Below are positions 63,545 through 64,000 of a stretch of 64,000 nt of DNA, piece after piece; the stretch's first letter is position 1; each line of letters begins with the position of its first letter. The notes below the pieces were generated by a model that was not told the origin of the DNA, did no database searches, and saw nothing but the letters and a program-made list of their open reading frames with translations. The translations under genes were made by a program, and so were the position numbers. Source of the DNA: Phyllosticta citribraziliensis (Eukaryota); NCBI RefSeq assembly GCF_038025025.1, contig NW_027117346.1, positions 744,001 to 808,000 on the forward strand, given 5' to 3'.

Positions 63545-64000
63545 ATGACCGTACACCACTTCTCCACCGGCGAAGACGAGGATGCCGTGCTGGAGAAATT
63601 CGCCGTCCAGCCCATCGCCGGCAAGCTTGTTGCGCTCAAAACCAAGAGCGAGATTCGCGCAAGCAACGAGACGCGTACGTTACACGGGCGTTTGACCCAA
63701 CATCCTTGACCACGCCGTAGTTTTAATCCCAGCCACAGTCGAAGTCTATGTCGTGGAACTTCCAGCTAGGGCTGCCAGTGCCGTTGTCCGGTAAGACATA
63801 TCTACCATCTCAACCATGTCCCAATCTAACAGCAATCAGAGTCCTTCGCGCAGCGCTCCCACATGAGCCCATCGCCGCCCTTCAGCACCTCCGGCGTGTC
63901 ATAGAACCTTCCTTCCTTCCTGCGCCTGCTCTCGAAGTCATTGAGCCTACCCGAGTCTCTACAAAGGAAGGCCAGGACGACACTCGCATCCTGCTTGTCG
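63545..64000 (+). CDS. TAD3: tRNA adenosine-34 deaminase subunit Tad3, 5' portion, continues beyond the right edge
   Basis: Manual splicing (introns 63675-63720 or -63738, and 63791-63839): MTVHHF..QPIAGKLVALKTKSEIRASNET|..VEVYVVELPARAASAVVR|VLRAALPHEPIAALQHLRRVIEP..RILLV. The LQHLRR motif resembles the Tad3/ADAT3 N-terminal domain; the deaminase domain would lie outside the window. Confidence 0.72.

Noticed and set aside
63827..64000. Open minus-strand frame at the right edge
   Set aside because: Explained as the antisense of TAD3 exon 3.

Overview
Gene-dense, GC-rich filamentous ascomycete (Pezizomycotina) DNA with short spliceosomal introns; no prokaryotic features. Gene identities come from recognising motifs by eye, not database searches. 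Left to right: 5' part of an Abp2-like gene (runs off the left edge), peroxisomal carrier PMP47, the nrdA(Nrd1/Seb1)-citA-yhmA block, tRNA-Asn, a sugar-porter MFS whose coding-like N-terminal extension has no in-frame AUG, PMT2, a Ser-rich membrane protein, a flavocytochrome b2 ending in SKL, an RGG-YwbE-zinc-finger protein, the divergent hmgX(TTC36-like)/hppD pair, a DHA1 MFS, a secreted S41 peptidase, RCF2, a NUDIX hydrolase, tRNA-Tyr, ORC5 and ERD2. A ~7 kb accessory-looking island follows (decayed ORF, intact integrase-H2C2 zinc-finger gene, four local duplications, Cys-rich zinc-finger ORF), then the 5' part of TAD3 (runs off the right edge). Best leads: the H2C2 gene and its island, the probable non-AUG start, a possible aromatic hydroxy-acid extension of the hppD locus, and two in-frame GC-AG introns.
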